DNA of 64,000 bases from positions 1-64,000 of the IMG/VR virus record IMGVR_UViG_3300014204_000128, one strand, 5' to 3'. Position numbers and translations under genes: made by a program. Under the pieces are notes generated by a model. It saw nothing but the letters and a program-made list of their open reading frames with translations. It was not told the origin of the DNA and made no database searches. This DNA comes from a virus. Lineage: Duplodnaviria; Caudoviricetes. Below are positions 30,963 to 40,114 of the stretch, piece by piece (the stretch's first letter is position 1; every line of letters starts with the position of its first letter).

Positions 30963-31588
30963 TAAACACATTAAAGAAATACAGTTCATTGCTACTGTTA
31001 ATAATATTGGTATTACTCGGGTCATGCTGTTTTGTTCTATACGGTTTGTACAGTGCAGAAAAACAAGAAAAGGAACGTCTAGGATCTAACTGGCAGAATG
31101 AGGTTAAGCATAGTACTGAAGCATTCACCCAATTGAGTTTGGTAAAGGGCGAATTAAAAGACATGCGTCCTGGTTTAGATAGTATTAGGAAGACACTCAG
31201 TATTAAAGAGAAGAATCTCGTAAAGATAGTAACGTATGAAACATACAGGAGAATAGATAGTGTAAACATGATCGGTCCTGTAGCTCTCGATACATTCAAT
31301 AGGTTAATAAAAGTTTCAGGTTCTATAAATTGTTTCAGTACAGAAGCTATCATAGATTTAAGAGGTACAGGGTTAAAACCTACAGACATGGATGTAAAGA
31401 TGGTAAAGATGAACTTGACTAACATACAAGTGAAAGACAGTGGCTCTACTTTCTATTATAAGAAAAGAGACAGTACTAAAGCACTTCGTTTCTGGCCATT
31501 CGCAAAAATGAAATTCTATAGTAAAAGTGTATCAGCTTGCGAGTCACAAGCAAAAATGCAAGAATTGATATTCGAAAAGAATAAATAA
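30959..31588 (+). CDS. Putative spanin-like protein
   Basis: N-terminal TM, coiled coil and Cys residues, immediately after the endolysin. Confidence 0.55.
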   Translation: MINTLKKYSSLLLLIILVLLGSCCFVLYGLYSAEKQEKERLGSNWQNEVKHSTEAFTQLSLVKGELKDMRPGLDSIRKTLSIKEKNLVKIVTYETYRRIDSVNMIGPVALDTFNRLIKVSGSINCFSTEAIIDLRGTGLKPTDMDVKMVKMNLTNIQVKDSGSTFYYKKRDSTKALRFWPFAKMKFYSKSVSACESQAKMQELIFEKNK

Positions 31589-31589
31589 T

Positions 31590-33575
31590 ATGGACAATTC
31601 ATGTACTGAACTAGTAACAGACTTGGGTATTGGGTGGTTGTTTGAAAAAACTATTCCCACAAAATCCAATGTATGTAGGTCAGCTTTGGGTAATAGAGAT
31701 GACGGATTAGTAAGTGTGTCTGTACTTGAGTCTGATGGTAATACTGTAATAGTAATTCCAAGCAACGATAAATGTTCAATCAGCGGCAAGGGGTCATACA
31801 CTATAGGGTTGTTCGTAAAGTTCCCTGAATCATCTGACAGTAGTTCAAGACGTGTCTTACTGGACGTACCAAATGTGCTTAAAATAATACACGAGTACGG
31901 GAATATTATTTTCGTTGTTAACGTGAATGGGAACTCAATGGTAGTTGGAACAGAACCAAGTGGTATAAACTTGTGTGACGGTAAGACAAGACTGGTGCTG
32001 GTAAGTAGAAATAGTTACCAGAATAAATCAACACTTGTTTTGAAAGTATATGGTGACATAAATCTGAAATATGAAATAGACACTGATGTTCATATTAGTC
32101 CAGGATATCAACACATTGTCCTTATGGGGGAGGATGTCGGAAATGGATTCTCATACAATATACAGAAGGGAACCAGGGTCTCAGGGTTATTCATATACAG
32201 GGGAATACTGACAAAGGATGACGAATTGAAATATTGGAACAAGGGGGTGCCTGTTTCAGGTACTCAGTTGTTTTGTAAACTAGATGAGGCAAACGGGTAT
32301 ACTGTTTTCGATAGTTCAGGCAATGGTACCAATGGAACTATTCAGGGAAACCCAATATGGGTTAGTGACTCTAATTTTCATAGTTGGCAAAACATGTTTG
32401 GGTACACGGTTTTAGGAAGTATACGGAAACCAGTTATCATGTGTAATCCAGATATTGACATAGAAAACAACAAGCCTACATATAGTGGAAGATGTAGGTT
32501 ACACACTGCTATACAGAACATACAGTCACTTAAAGCAGATGGTTCAATATGGGGAAGATCAAATCCTCAGAACTTGAATGTGCGCCCTGGGCAGGATACT
32601 TTTACTGTATTATTAATCGTAGAGAAGACGGGTGAACAAGAAGGTTACGTGATGTGCATTGGTGACAGGGTAACAGTTAGGTATTTCGGGGGTCAATTAC
32701 TAATTAGTATAGGTGGGAATGAGAGCACTTTACAAATACAAAATGGTATAAATGCAATTGAATTATCTGTTGAACAACAGAGATGTGAAATATACGTCAA
32801 CGGGGTACATGATACCTACAAACAGGTTTCTCCATATTACACAACAGGTATAAACTTTGACATACTAGCAAAGGGGGGTAATGAAATACTCAATGAAGGT
32901 AGTATAGTATACATAGCACTACTTGAAGGATTATTTAGTGAAGAAGAAAGGTCATACTGGAATAAAAACGGGTACACATCTAAGAAGACAATCATTGATT
33001 ACTACATGTACTCACGTACTGACGTGATATTCGACCTGTCTGGCAATCTTAACCACATTGGTTTATTCGATGTTGGTGAATTCAGTTGGTCGGGTAAGCA
33101 ATCAAAATGTCCTAGGTTACTAAATGGGTTTACTGAAATATACCCATCAAGAAAAGACATGTTAGTTCCTGTAGTGGTTCCATATGATTGTAATGGTAAG
33201 AAGATATACCACAACGAGTACGGGGAACATCAAGTAGAAGTAGAATACAAGGGAACAGGGGGCATATTAATATTCGATGCTTACATAAACATGAACCCAG
33301 ATAAACTAGAACTAGGTTTCTGGTCAACATTCTGGAATAAATCAAATTCAAATATATGGTCTACTCTATCAGGTCAGTTTAGACAGGATGACCCATACAT
33401 GTGGAATTTGCAAGAATTGACTATGGACTACCTGATACGTTCTATGACTGAAGAACATTATAACATGGTTTTCTCGGGATCTCAGGAAGGAGCGTATGGT
33501 CTAACTATTGAACTTGTGGACCTGGTGTTGCTTAATCTTGGTAATAACATGACATATAAACCAATACCACTATGA
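31590..33575 (+). CDS. LamG/concanavalin A-like domain virion protein
   Basis: KLDEANGYTVFDSSGNGTNGT, IYVNG and IFDLSGNLNH, two LamG-like units. Confidence 0.7.
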   Translation: MDNSCTELVTDLGIGWLFEKTIPTKSNVCRSALGNRDDGLVSVSVLESDGNTVIVIPSNDKCSISGKGSYTIGLFVKFPESSDSSSRRVLLDVPNVLKIIHEYGNIIFVVNVNGNSMVVGTEPSGINLCDGKTRLVLVSRNSYQNKSTLVLKVYGDINLKYEIDTDVHISPGYQHIVLMGEDVGNGFSYNIQKGTRVSGLFIYRGILTKDDELKYWNKGVPVSGTQLFCKLDEANGYTVFDSSGNGTNGTIQGNPIWVSDSNFHSWQNMFGYTVLGSIRKPVIMCNPDIDIENNKPTYSGRCRLHTAIQNIQSLKADGSIWGRSNPQNLNVRPGQDTFTVLLIVEKTGEQEGYVMCIGDRVTVRYFGGQLLISIGGNESTLQIQNGINAIELSVEQQRCEIYVNGVHDTYKQVSPYYTTGINFDILAKGGNEILNEGSIVYIALLEGLFSEEERSYWNKNGYTSKKTIIDYYMYSRTDVIFDLSGNLNHIGLFDVGEFSWSGKQSKCPRLLNGFTEIYPSRKDMLVPVVVPYDCNGKKIYHNEYGEHQVEVEYKGTGGILIFDAYINMNPDKLELGFWSTFWNKSNSNIWSTLSGQFRQDDPYMWNLQELTMDYLIRSMTEEHYNMVFSGSQEGAYGLTIELVDLVLLNLGNNMTYKPIPL

Positions 33576-35284
33576 TATTATTATTAAAAAATACACCTAG
33601 GGCAAATCAATTCGCACCTAGGGTTGACGGTAAAAGCTTGGTATTAAAAAATCCATTGGTAGTTGGTGAGGCACAGGAAGCCAAGATTAATGATGCTAGT
33701 CTAACTAATGGGGAAGTAGTTGTATGGGATGGCACAAACTCAGTGTTAAAATCAACAGGGGTAAGTGATACAGAACTACAGGTATTAAACAACGCATTAA
33801 TTGGGTCGGCTGTAGCATCTAAGGCTGTAGTGCTTAGTGAAAACAAAGATCATTCTGGTATTCGCAATTTGAGTATAACAGGAAACAATACAGTTGAGGG
33901 TATACTTACAGTAGTCGGCTCTGGTGAATTCAGTAGTTCTATAAAGGTCATTGGATTGACTGAATTGATGGGGGACATATCAACCCAGGGTTCATTTAGA
34001 AACACGTCTATAAAATTGGTTGATTCATTCATATCATCTAAGATAAGAACATCAACAAGACTGGTATTTGCAAGAAATCAAGATACGCTTGAATTTGGAA
34101 ACTCAGTAGATGCTATTACTTTGATAACAGGTTCTGTACTAAAAAGAAAAACTGGGGGTGCGGAATACAAGATATGGGACGAACTAAGTGATGGTACAGG
34201 ATCAGGACTCGACGCTGATTTGCTTGATGGTGTTCATTCAACATCATTTCTGCGTTCAGATACAGATGCTGAAATGGGTGGTAATCTTGTGATGAAAGGA
34301 AAGTACATTTCGTACAAGACAGCAGTAGGGGATGAGAAATTCAGGTTACGGTTAACAGGCACTGATTTTAATGTGTATGATGTGGTTAATGCTAAAACTA
34401 GTTTTTCAGTGTATAACGATAAGGCATACGTTAATGGGTCTCAGGTTTTAACAGCAGCGAATTATGGTGCTTTGAATGCTGACACATTAGATACCCTACA
34501 CGCATCACAATTACTAAGAAGTGATGTAGACTCAACACTTAGTGGTAAGGTGACATCAGTATTACCAAAAAACGGTTTGTACTTCTATGACGGAACAGGG
34601 TTTGCAAAAGTGGTGTTCCAAAAATACGGGTCTGACTTTACAGGTATTGGTGTAGACAGTGTTGGTAATATGAGACTAGGGGCATGCGATTATGACGGGA
34701 CATGGAGATCATACAACCCAGCATACAATTTATACTATGGACAGCATAAAGTAATGCACATGGGAAATATGGGAGAAAGCTCAGGTTTCTCATGCGACAT
34801 GGTTGATGGGTATCACGCTTCCTCACTCTTAAGCTTTGCGAATCACACAAGGGGGATCGTCAGGGCTGAGAATGAATCTACAGGAAAACCCAAGATTATA
34901 AATTTAGCAAAAAATGGAAGATGCACTTCTTATACTTTGAATGTAAATATAGCTAACACGAACAACACGGGAGGTGTTGCTTACCTTAATTTCTTAGAAG
35001 GTATGGAAGATGTCATATCTGGACATTCTAATTGCTTATCAGCTATAGGAACGGTTAAAATAGGGTATGCCGGAAACGGTTCATCATCAGCTGCATTTAA
35101 TATTAATATAAGATGGGATAACAATGGAACGGACACTCGATGGTCATGGGTAGAAGGTTTACCTGCTGGAAAATCAGTAGGATTTTATATAAGTCCACAG
35201 GGGTACGTGATGATACAGACGACAGGTGGTATAATTGACTTGGCCATGGCATTTACGTATAGTTCTGTTGAACAATCTTGGTAA
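33572..35284 (+). CDS. Tail fibre protein
   Basis: GSGLDADLLDGVHSTSFLRSD, NADTLDTLHASQLLRSD and CDMVDGYHASS fibre repeats. Confidence 0.85.
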   Translation: MILLLKNTPRANQFAPRVDGKSLVLKNPLVVGEAQEAKINDASLTNGEVVVWDGTNSVLKSTGVSDTELQVLNNALIGSAVASKAVVLSENKDHSGIRNLSITGNNTVEGILTVVGSGEFSSSIKVIGLTELMGDISTQGSFRNTSIKLVDSFISSKIRTSTRLVFARNQDTLEFGNSVDAITLITGSVLKRKTGGAEYKIWDELSDGTGSGLDADLLDGVHSTSFLRSDTDAEMGGNLVMKGKYISYKTAVGDEKFRLRLTGTDFNVYDVVNAKTSFSVYNDKAYVNGSQVLTAANYGALNADTLDTLHASQLLRSDVDSTLSGKVTSVLPKNGLYFYDGTGFAKVVFQKYGSDFTGIGVDSVGNMRLGACDYDGTWRSYNPAYNLYYGQHKVMHMGNMGESSGFSCDMVDGYHASSLLSFANHTRGIVRAENESTGKPKIINLAKNGRCTSYTLNVNIANTNNTGGVAYLNFLEGMEDVISGHSNCLSAIGTVKIGYAGNGSSSAAFNINIRWDNNGTDTRWSWVEGLPAGKSVGFYISPQGYVMIQTTGGIIDLAMAFTYSSVEQSW

Positions 35285-35302
35285 TAATTTAAAGTCATAG
35301 TT

Positions 35303-35518
35303 ATGGATATTAAAGACGAAGCAAAAATTACAGCGTTGGAAAATGAATACAAATCTCAGTTGACTAGTTTTGTGGGTGAGATAGACACTATCGAAATGCA
35401 AATAAGTAATTTGCAGTCTAAATTAGAAGCGTTGAAAGGTAATAAAGAACGGCTACTCGGGGCTATCGGGGCTATTTCTGAAATGAAACAAAAACTAGCA
35501 TTATCAGTAAAAGACTAA
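35303..35518 (+). CDS. Small coiled-coil protein (possible fibre chaperone)
   Basis: Heptad pattern, follows the fibre gene. Confidence 0.6.
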   Translation: MDIKDEAKITALENEYKSQLTSFVGEIDTIEMQISNLQSKLEALKGNKERLLGAIGAISEMKQKLALSVKD

Positions 35519-35535
35519 TGACTCAAAAAGATGCA

Positions 35536-35581
35536 AAATCCCGTGAAAGATAACGTATAAGTTATTTTATTCACGGGATTT
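35536..35581 (+). terminator. Long inverted repeat (terminator or hairpin promoter) ending the structural region
   Basis: AAATCCCGTGAA (35536-47) / TTCACGGGATTT (35570-81), inner ATAAC/GTTAT stem, GTATAA loop. Confidence 0.7.
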
Positions 35582-35595
35582 AATTTTTAAAGTAT

Positions 35596-36804
35596 ATGAG
35601 ATCTGAAAAGACATTGCCAAAGCTGGAAGAAGAAGTTAAGAGTCTAGGATTGTATGTAAAACCAACAGGAAAGAATGGTAAGTTCATGAAGAGAGATTAC
35701 GTCATGGCACTGATGCAACACCATATCCTAATGTTATATGGATCCATTGATAAAGTTCCAATTAATCTTAAATTTAGACTATCATTTGAATCACCCCAGT
35801 TGGCGTACAACTATTTTGATCTAAAACCAAAAGAACAAGAAAACATATGGGTGTCTGAAAATGTCTGGCTGGTAGAAAAAATACAGGGCATACGTGGGAC
35901 ACTCATCCAATCAATAAGAGAAGGATGGTCATGTTATTCCAGGGATATAAATGAGAAGACTTATATATGGGACAATTACTCTGAAAGGGTTCTGGACCAC
36001 AGTATAGGTAAACTAGACAAGAACATCGTTGTAGATGTCGAATTACAGTTGGCAAACAAGAATGTAAAGCCACTACTGAAAGAAATGAACTTCGAGATTG
36101 AAACAGATTTCCAGTGCATCTCAGCACTGATGATGATCGATAGTGACAAGTTCAACGTAATAGCGAAGCAGTGCCCGAATTTATTCCTATACAAGTTAAT
36201 CGACGTTTATTTCTACGAGACAGACGTAAGGAAGAAAGCATACAAGGAAAGAGAAGAACTGTTTGATAAAATAGTCACTGAATTGAAAAGTGTTGGCGTT
36301 CTTATTGAAAGACCGCTGTATTGTAAAGATCCATTAACAAAGAAAGCATTCCACGAGGGGTTGATAAAACAAGGTGCTGAAGGAACAATAGCAGTGTTTA
36401 TTGATAAACCATGTATACTCGACGGTACTCGGGGAAGAGATGAAATGATAAAGATAAAAAAATCATTGTTCTCTTTAATGTTCGAAAAAAATGCATTGAC
36501 AGACACTGTTGATGGGTGGGTCTCCAAGGTTATAAATTCAGACGAACTGACGGGTCTAGTAAGAACTATAGAAGTAAGTGCATTGGATAATAAAGGCGCT
36601 GTTGTGGTAATAGCAGTGACAGACGCGATACCTTTATCATGTCGGTTATTCTCTCAAACGGGGGACAGTACACCTAGGAACATATCAGAGGGTGATGTCA
36701 TTGAGTTATCAGGTTCAGTATGGAAAGAAGGTCTGATACAGGATGCAACAGTAGAGAGAATAAGGTGGGATAAAATGCCACATGCATGTACTCTTAACGG
36801 TTAA
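35596..36804 (+). CDS. Divergent ATP-dependent ligase/nucleotidyltransferase with OB domain
   Basis: Motif I EKIQGIR, III VDVEL, IIIa YKLIDV, IV EGTIA, V IKIK, VI RIRWDK. Confidence 0.75.
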   Translation: MRSEKTLPKLEEEVKSLGLYVKPTGKNGKFMKRDYVMALMQHHILMLYGSIDKVPINLKFRLSFESPQLAYNYFDLKPKEQENIWVSENVWLVEKIQGIRGTLIQSIREGWSCYSRDINEKTYIWDNYSERVLDHSIGKLDKNIVVDVELQLANKNVKPLLKEMNFEIETDFQCISALMMIDSDKFNVIAKQCPNLFLYKLIDVYFYETDVRKKAYKEREELFDKIVTELKSVGVLIERPLYCKDPLTKKAFHEGLIKQGAEGTIAVFIDKPCILDGTRGRDEMIKIKKSLFSLMFEKNALTDTVDGWVSKVINSDELTGLVRTIEVSALDNKGAVVVIAVTDAIPLSCRLFSQTGDSTPRNISEGDVIELSGSVWKEGLIQDATVERIRWDKMPHACTLNG

Positions 36805-36920
36805 AAATATTTTTTAAAAAATATATAAAAACATTTGGATTTACTCATTTTTTAGTATAATATTGTAAAAGTGTATCCAACCTGGAACACTTAGTAGTAT
36901 ACATTTTTAAATCTAAAGAC

Positions 36921-38012
36921 ATGGTAGTGACTAGTACTTCTGTTACGGAGCAGAATGAATCAGTGGCAAAGGGTTTTTCCCTAAATGATCTAAAGAAAGT
37001 TGAAAACGAGGTGAGGAGAGCAGTCTCGCAGTTACGTTTCAGGTATAATCCTAATACTAGGATGCCAGAAAGTGATGTAGCATGGGACTGCTTTACAACT
37101 TTATACATGAGGGGTTTCTTCCACAAGTATGATGGTACTAAGTCGAAGACAATAACATACTTATGGAATGGTGTAAGAAACTATCTAATCGACCAAGAAA
37201 GAAGTGCATTAAATAAGATGCAACCTGTATCAATGAATACAATGGTCGGTAAAACTAAGACAATATGTCTGGGTGACTTTATAGACAACTCAATATCTGA
37301 AAGTGCCATAGGTATAGAATCATACCTAGAGGTTCTGGACATACTGAAGAATACTATGAAGAATAACACCAAGTACCAGGCAGTTACTAAAGAACTGGGT
37401 AAGGTTTGTCTAAGTGGTTACACAGTCATGTACCTGGTTGTCTCAGGTTACAAGATTCATGAAGTCGCAAAGATGTTCGGGGTATCCAAGGCAATGATTT
37501 CTTTATTATACACGGAAGCACTAGGAATATTAAAAGAGAATGCTGAAGATCTGGATATTAGTACTGATATATTATCCTGGACTAATAAGATGGAGACTAT
37601 CAGGAATTCAGGAAGTGCCCCAACGTGCCCACATTGCGGGGGTCACAGGACTAAATACTGGTGTACAAGTACAGAAGGGACATATGTTAAATTGTACACA
37701 TGTAAGGACTGTACACGTAGCTTTAATATCTTTACTAAAACACCATTACACTGGATGAAAACTAGTGTAAGGCAGCAGTTTATAGCATTTTGTACTGACT
37801 ACACTAACGGCAAAATACTCTCAGATTGCGCAGCAACTGCTGGTGTGGGTTTCAAGAAAGCAACTACATGGTTATCTCAATACAAGGATTACTTCTATAT
37901 TGATTCAAAAAGGATAATATTGAAGAAACTAAACATGTGGGAAGAAGAAATACGGGACTCAATAGAACGAAAGGAAAATGAAAGTATTAAAGATAGGGTA
38001 CAAGCAGATTGA
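36921..38012 (+). CDS. Sigma70-like factor (regions 2 and 4) fused to an IS1595-type Zn ribbon + HTH
   Basis: KYDGTKSKTITYLWNGVRNYLID (region 2), GYKIHEVAKMFGVSKAMIS (region 4), CPHCG...YTCKDCTRSFNIFTKTPL and ILSDCAATAGVGFKKATTW. Confidence 0.75.
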   Translation: MVVTSTSVTEQNESVAKGFSLNDLKKVENEVRRAVSQLRFRYNPNTRMPESDVAWDCFTTLYMRGFFHKYDGTKSKTITYLWNGVRNYLIDQERSALNKMQPVSMNTMVGKTKTICLGDFIDNSISESAIGIESYLEVLDILKNTMKNNTKYQAVTKELGKVCLSGYTVMYLVVSGYKIHEVAKMFGVSKAMISLLYTEALGILKENAEDLDISTDILSWTNKMETIRNSGSAPTCPHCGGHRTKYWCTSTEGTYVKLYTCKDCTRSFNIFTKTPLHWMKTSVRQQFIAFCTDYTNGKILSDCAATAGVGFKKATTWLSQYKDYFYIDSKRIILKKLNMWEEEIRDSIERKENESIKDRVQAD

Positions 38013-38424
38013 AGGTTTAACCCTTTTGAAAAATATAAATGATGTTCGTAACTACGTTGATAACTATGCAAAATCTACAATAAGGGAAGATGCAATCGGT
38101 GATGTCTCCGGGTTATGTATCGAAGCTCAGTCTACACTGCTGAAGTTCATAGAGGAGACGGAAACTAGTATCACGGTGTACGCAAGCAGGGACAATGTAA
38201 GTCCCGTGTTGATGAGCAGGTTTGACAAGATTGAAAAGACGGACGATATAAAACTTGGTTACGGGTTATTCAGTAATTACATAGAAGAACAACAGGGTAA
38301 GGAAACAAAAGATGCAAGTTCCGAAAGAGAGTTCGCTTCTATATGCTGCGAAAAACTTAAATCATTTCTATTATATAGAAAGTTGAATACAAGCATCATA
38401 GCAAGAGTTGGTAATTATATTTAA
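37978..38424 (+). CDS. Truncated clamp-loader (Pol III delta-prime/RFC-like) AAA+ fragment
   Basis: AQSTLLKFIEE and SPVLMSRF resemble AxNALLKxLEE and SRC. No Walker A. Confidence 0.55.
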   Translation: MKVLKIGYKQIEGLTLLKNINDVRNYVDNYAKSTIREDAIGDVSGLCIEAQSTLLKFIEETETSITVYASRDNVSPVLMSRFDKIEKTDDIKLGYGLFSNYIEEQQGKETKDASSEREFASICCEKLKSFLLYRKLNTSIIARVGNYI

Positions 38425-38440
38425 AAATAACTATTATAAA

Positions 38441-38476
38441 ACGTAACATTATGTATTAATATAACGTTATACAAGT
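38441..38476 (+). promoter_or_regulatory. Divergent copy of the repeated GTAAC...TAACGTTA promoter element
   Basis: ACGTAACATTATGTATTAATATAACGTTATACAAGT upstream of the lipoprotein gene. Confidence 0.5.
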
Positions 38477-38505
38477 AAATTTAACACACATAAACTTAGA
38501 CTAAA

Positions 38506-39213
38506 ATGAAAACACTACAATTGTTGATCGTACTGGCATCTGTAATCGGAATGATACTCACAGGATGCAAGAAGACTGAACTGGAAGGAATCCAGAAAAA
38601 AGACGATACTGTTGGAATAAAAGACACGGTTAATCTAAACCAGAAACTACGCGTTACTGACACGCCCGTCGTTACTGATACGCTGGTAGTCACTAAAGAC
38701 AGTATTATTATAGTAGGGGATACTATAAAGAAAGACACTGTTACAGTTGAACCTGTCGACTCAAATGCTTTAGAACTAAAGAAGTGGTTTAGTCATAACA
38801 TTCCAACAGAGTACTACTATATAAGGAAATACCAGTATAAAAATGGTATGCGTACATTCGAGTATTTATATATATCTGAATCTACGATAAAATACACTAG
38901 AGATGTTGTAGACACGGTAGATAACTCTGTAATAAGTACAAGTACAGAAAACTATCTAATAGACAGTACACGAAAAATAAAAGCGAACAGGTGGGCATGG
39001 AGGGCAAATTGCTCCAGGGTAAGTACGGGAGAAAGGTTAAATAAATGGTTCGTGCTAATGTATTATGATGCCCTAACATGTGCTATACCAAATGACGTTG
39101 AAATTGATGACGATATACTGGTTAGGTTGCACAGGAGTGATTATCCTATATACTATAAAATATCTTACAGGGAAGTAGATTTCAACTGGGTAAAAGTTGT
39201 ATACGAAAAATAA
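38506..39213 (+). CDS. Lipoprotein of unknown function
   Basis: Signal peptide II MKTLQLLIVLASVIGMILTG-C, followed by a T/V/D-rich linker. Confidence 0.8.
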   Translation: MKTLQLLIVLASVIGMILTGCKKTELEGIQKKDDTVGIKDTVNLNQKLRVTDTPVVTDTLVVTKDSIIIVGDTIKKDTVTVEPVDSNALELKKWFSHNIPTEYYYIRKYQYKNGMRTFEYLYISESTIKYTRDVVDTVDNSVISTSTENYLIDSTRKIKANRWAWRANCSRVSTGERLNKWFVLMYYDALTCAIPNDVEIDDDILVRLHRSDYPIYYKISYREVDFNWVKVVYEK

Positions 39214-39270
39214 GGAACATTGGACGATATCATAATATACTGCGAATTATTATCTACTCTCATTGTTTTC

Positions 39271-39299
39271 AAAACCCTCACTTAACGGTGGGGGTTTTT
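39271..39299 (+). terminator. Rho-independent terminator
   Basis: AAAACCCTCAC-TTAACG-GTGGGGGTTTTT. Confidence 0.8.
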
Positions 39300-39305
39300 C
39301 GTATA

Positions 39306-39467
39306 ATGAATAAAAGGCATGGACAAGTATATAAAAAGGAACTGGATAAGATAACTAAGGTTCAACAGACGCAGGCTAGTTTGGTAAAGCAGTTAGAAAT
39401 ACTAAGGGTTTTCGCTAATAAACTTGGTTTATATGATGCGGCTGACTATATAAAGACATACAAATGA
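39306..39467 (+). CDS. Small 53-aa hypothetical protein (...ANKLGLYDAADYIK)
   Basis: Below the track cutoff. Its TGA overlaps the next ATG (ATGA). Confidence 0.6.
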   Translation: MNKRHGQVYKKELDKITKVQQTQASLVKQLEILRVFANKLGLYDAADYIKTYK

Positions 39468-40114
39468 AATTGATAGTTAATACTGAATACCAAGACATCG
39501 TTAGGTATCTCTTCTCAGGGTACAGGTTGGAAAAGGAATTCCCTATTCGTGATAATTTTTTTATAGTGAAGAATATAAGCCACAAGGAGAACATGTTGCT
39601 AGACAGGTTCAATAACTACGTTATAGTATCCAAGAACTTCTTTACCGAAGTCTGGGGTAAGGAAGAAATATTCCAGTACTTGATAGATAATAAGAGAACA
39701 CGTAAGAAAACAGTCCCACAGTTTGACGGTATGTCTGATGCCGAATTTGAAAAATACATTAAAATAATGTACCTGACGGGTACATGGGCATATGATGATA
39801 GCACGGAAGGATTGCTAGAACTATTCAAGAACATAGACTCAGGTGCAAGATACAAGGAATACTTTACATTACTCAGTACAGGAATGGATCCCATGTATAT
39901 TTTCTATGGCATACTGACAATGATAAAGAAATCACTGGGGTACATGGAACTTACAAATGTTAACAACAACTTCTTTATACTATTGAAGAACAAGAATACG
40001 GTTTTATCCAGAAATATTGTAAAGTCATTAGAAAGATGGGCACAGTGGGATAAGAATGTAGATGATGACATGAAAGTACTAAGGTTTATTAAAGATATAG
40101 GAGATAGGGCATGA
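39464..40114 (+). CDS. Hypothetical replication-cluster protein (possibly clamp-loader delta-like)
   Basis: Helical ORF, assignment from context only. Confidence 0.5.
   Translation: MKLIVNTEYQDIVRYLFSGYRLEKEFPIRDNFFIVKNISHKENMLLDRFNNYVIVSKNFFTEVWGKEEIFQYLIDNKRTRKKTVPQFDGMSDAEFEKYIKIMYLTGTWAYDDSTEGLLELFKNIDSGARYKEYFTLLSTGMDPMYIFYGILTMIKKSLGYMELTNVNNNFFILLKNKNTVLSRNIVKSLERWAQWDKNVDDDMKVLRFIKDIGDRA

Noticed and set aside
37600-38012. Active IS1595 element
   Set aside because: No DDE catalytic domain and no terminal inverted repeats seen. The segment is fused in frame to the sigma-like ORF.
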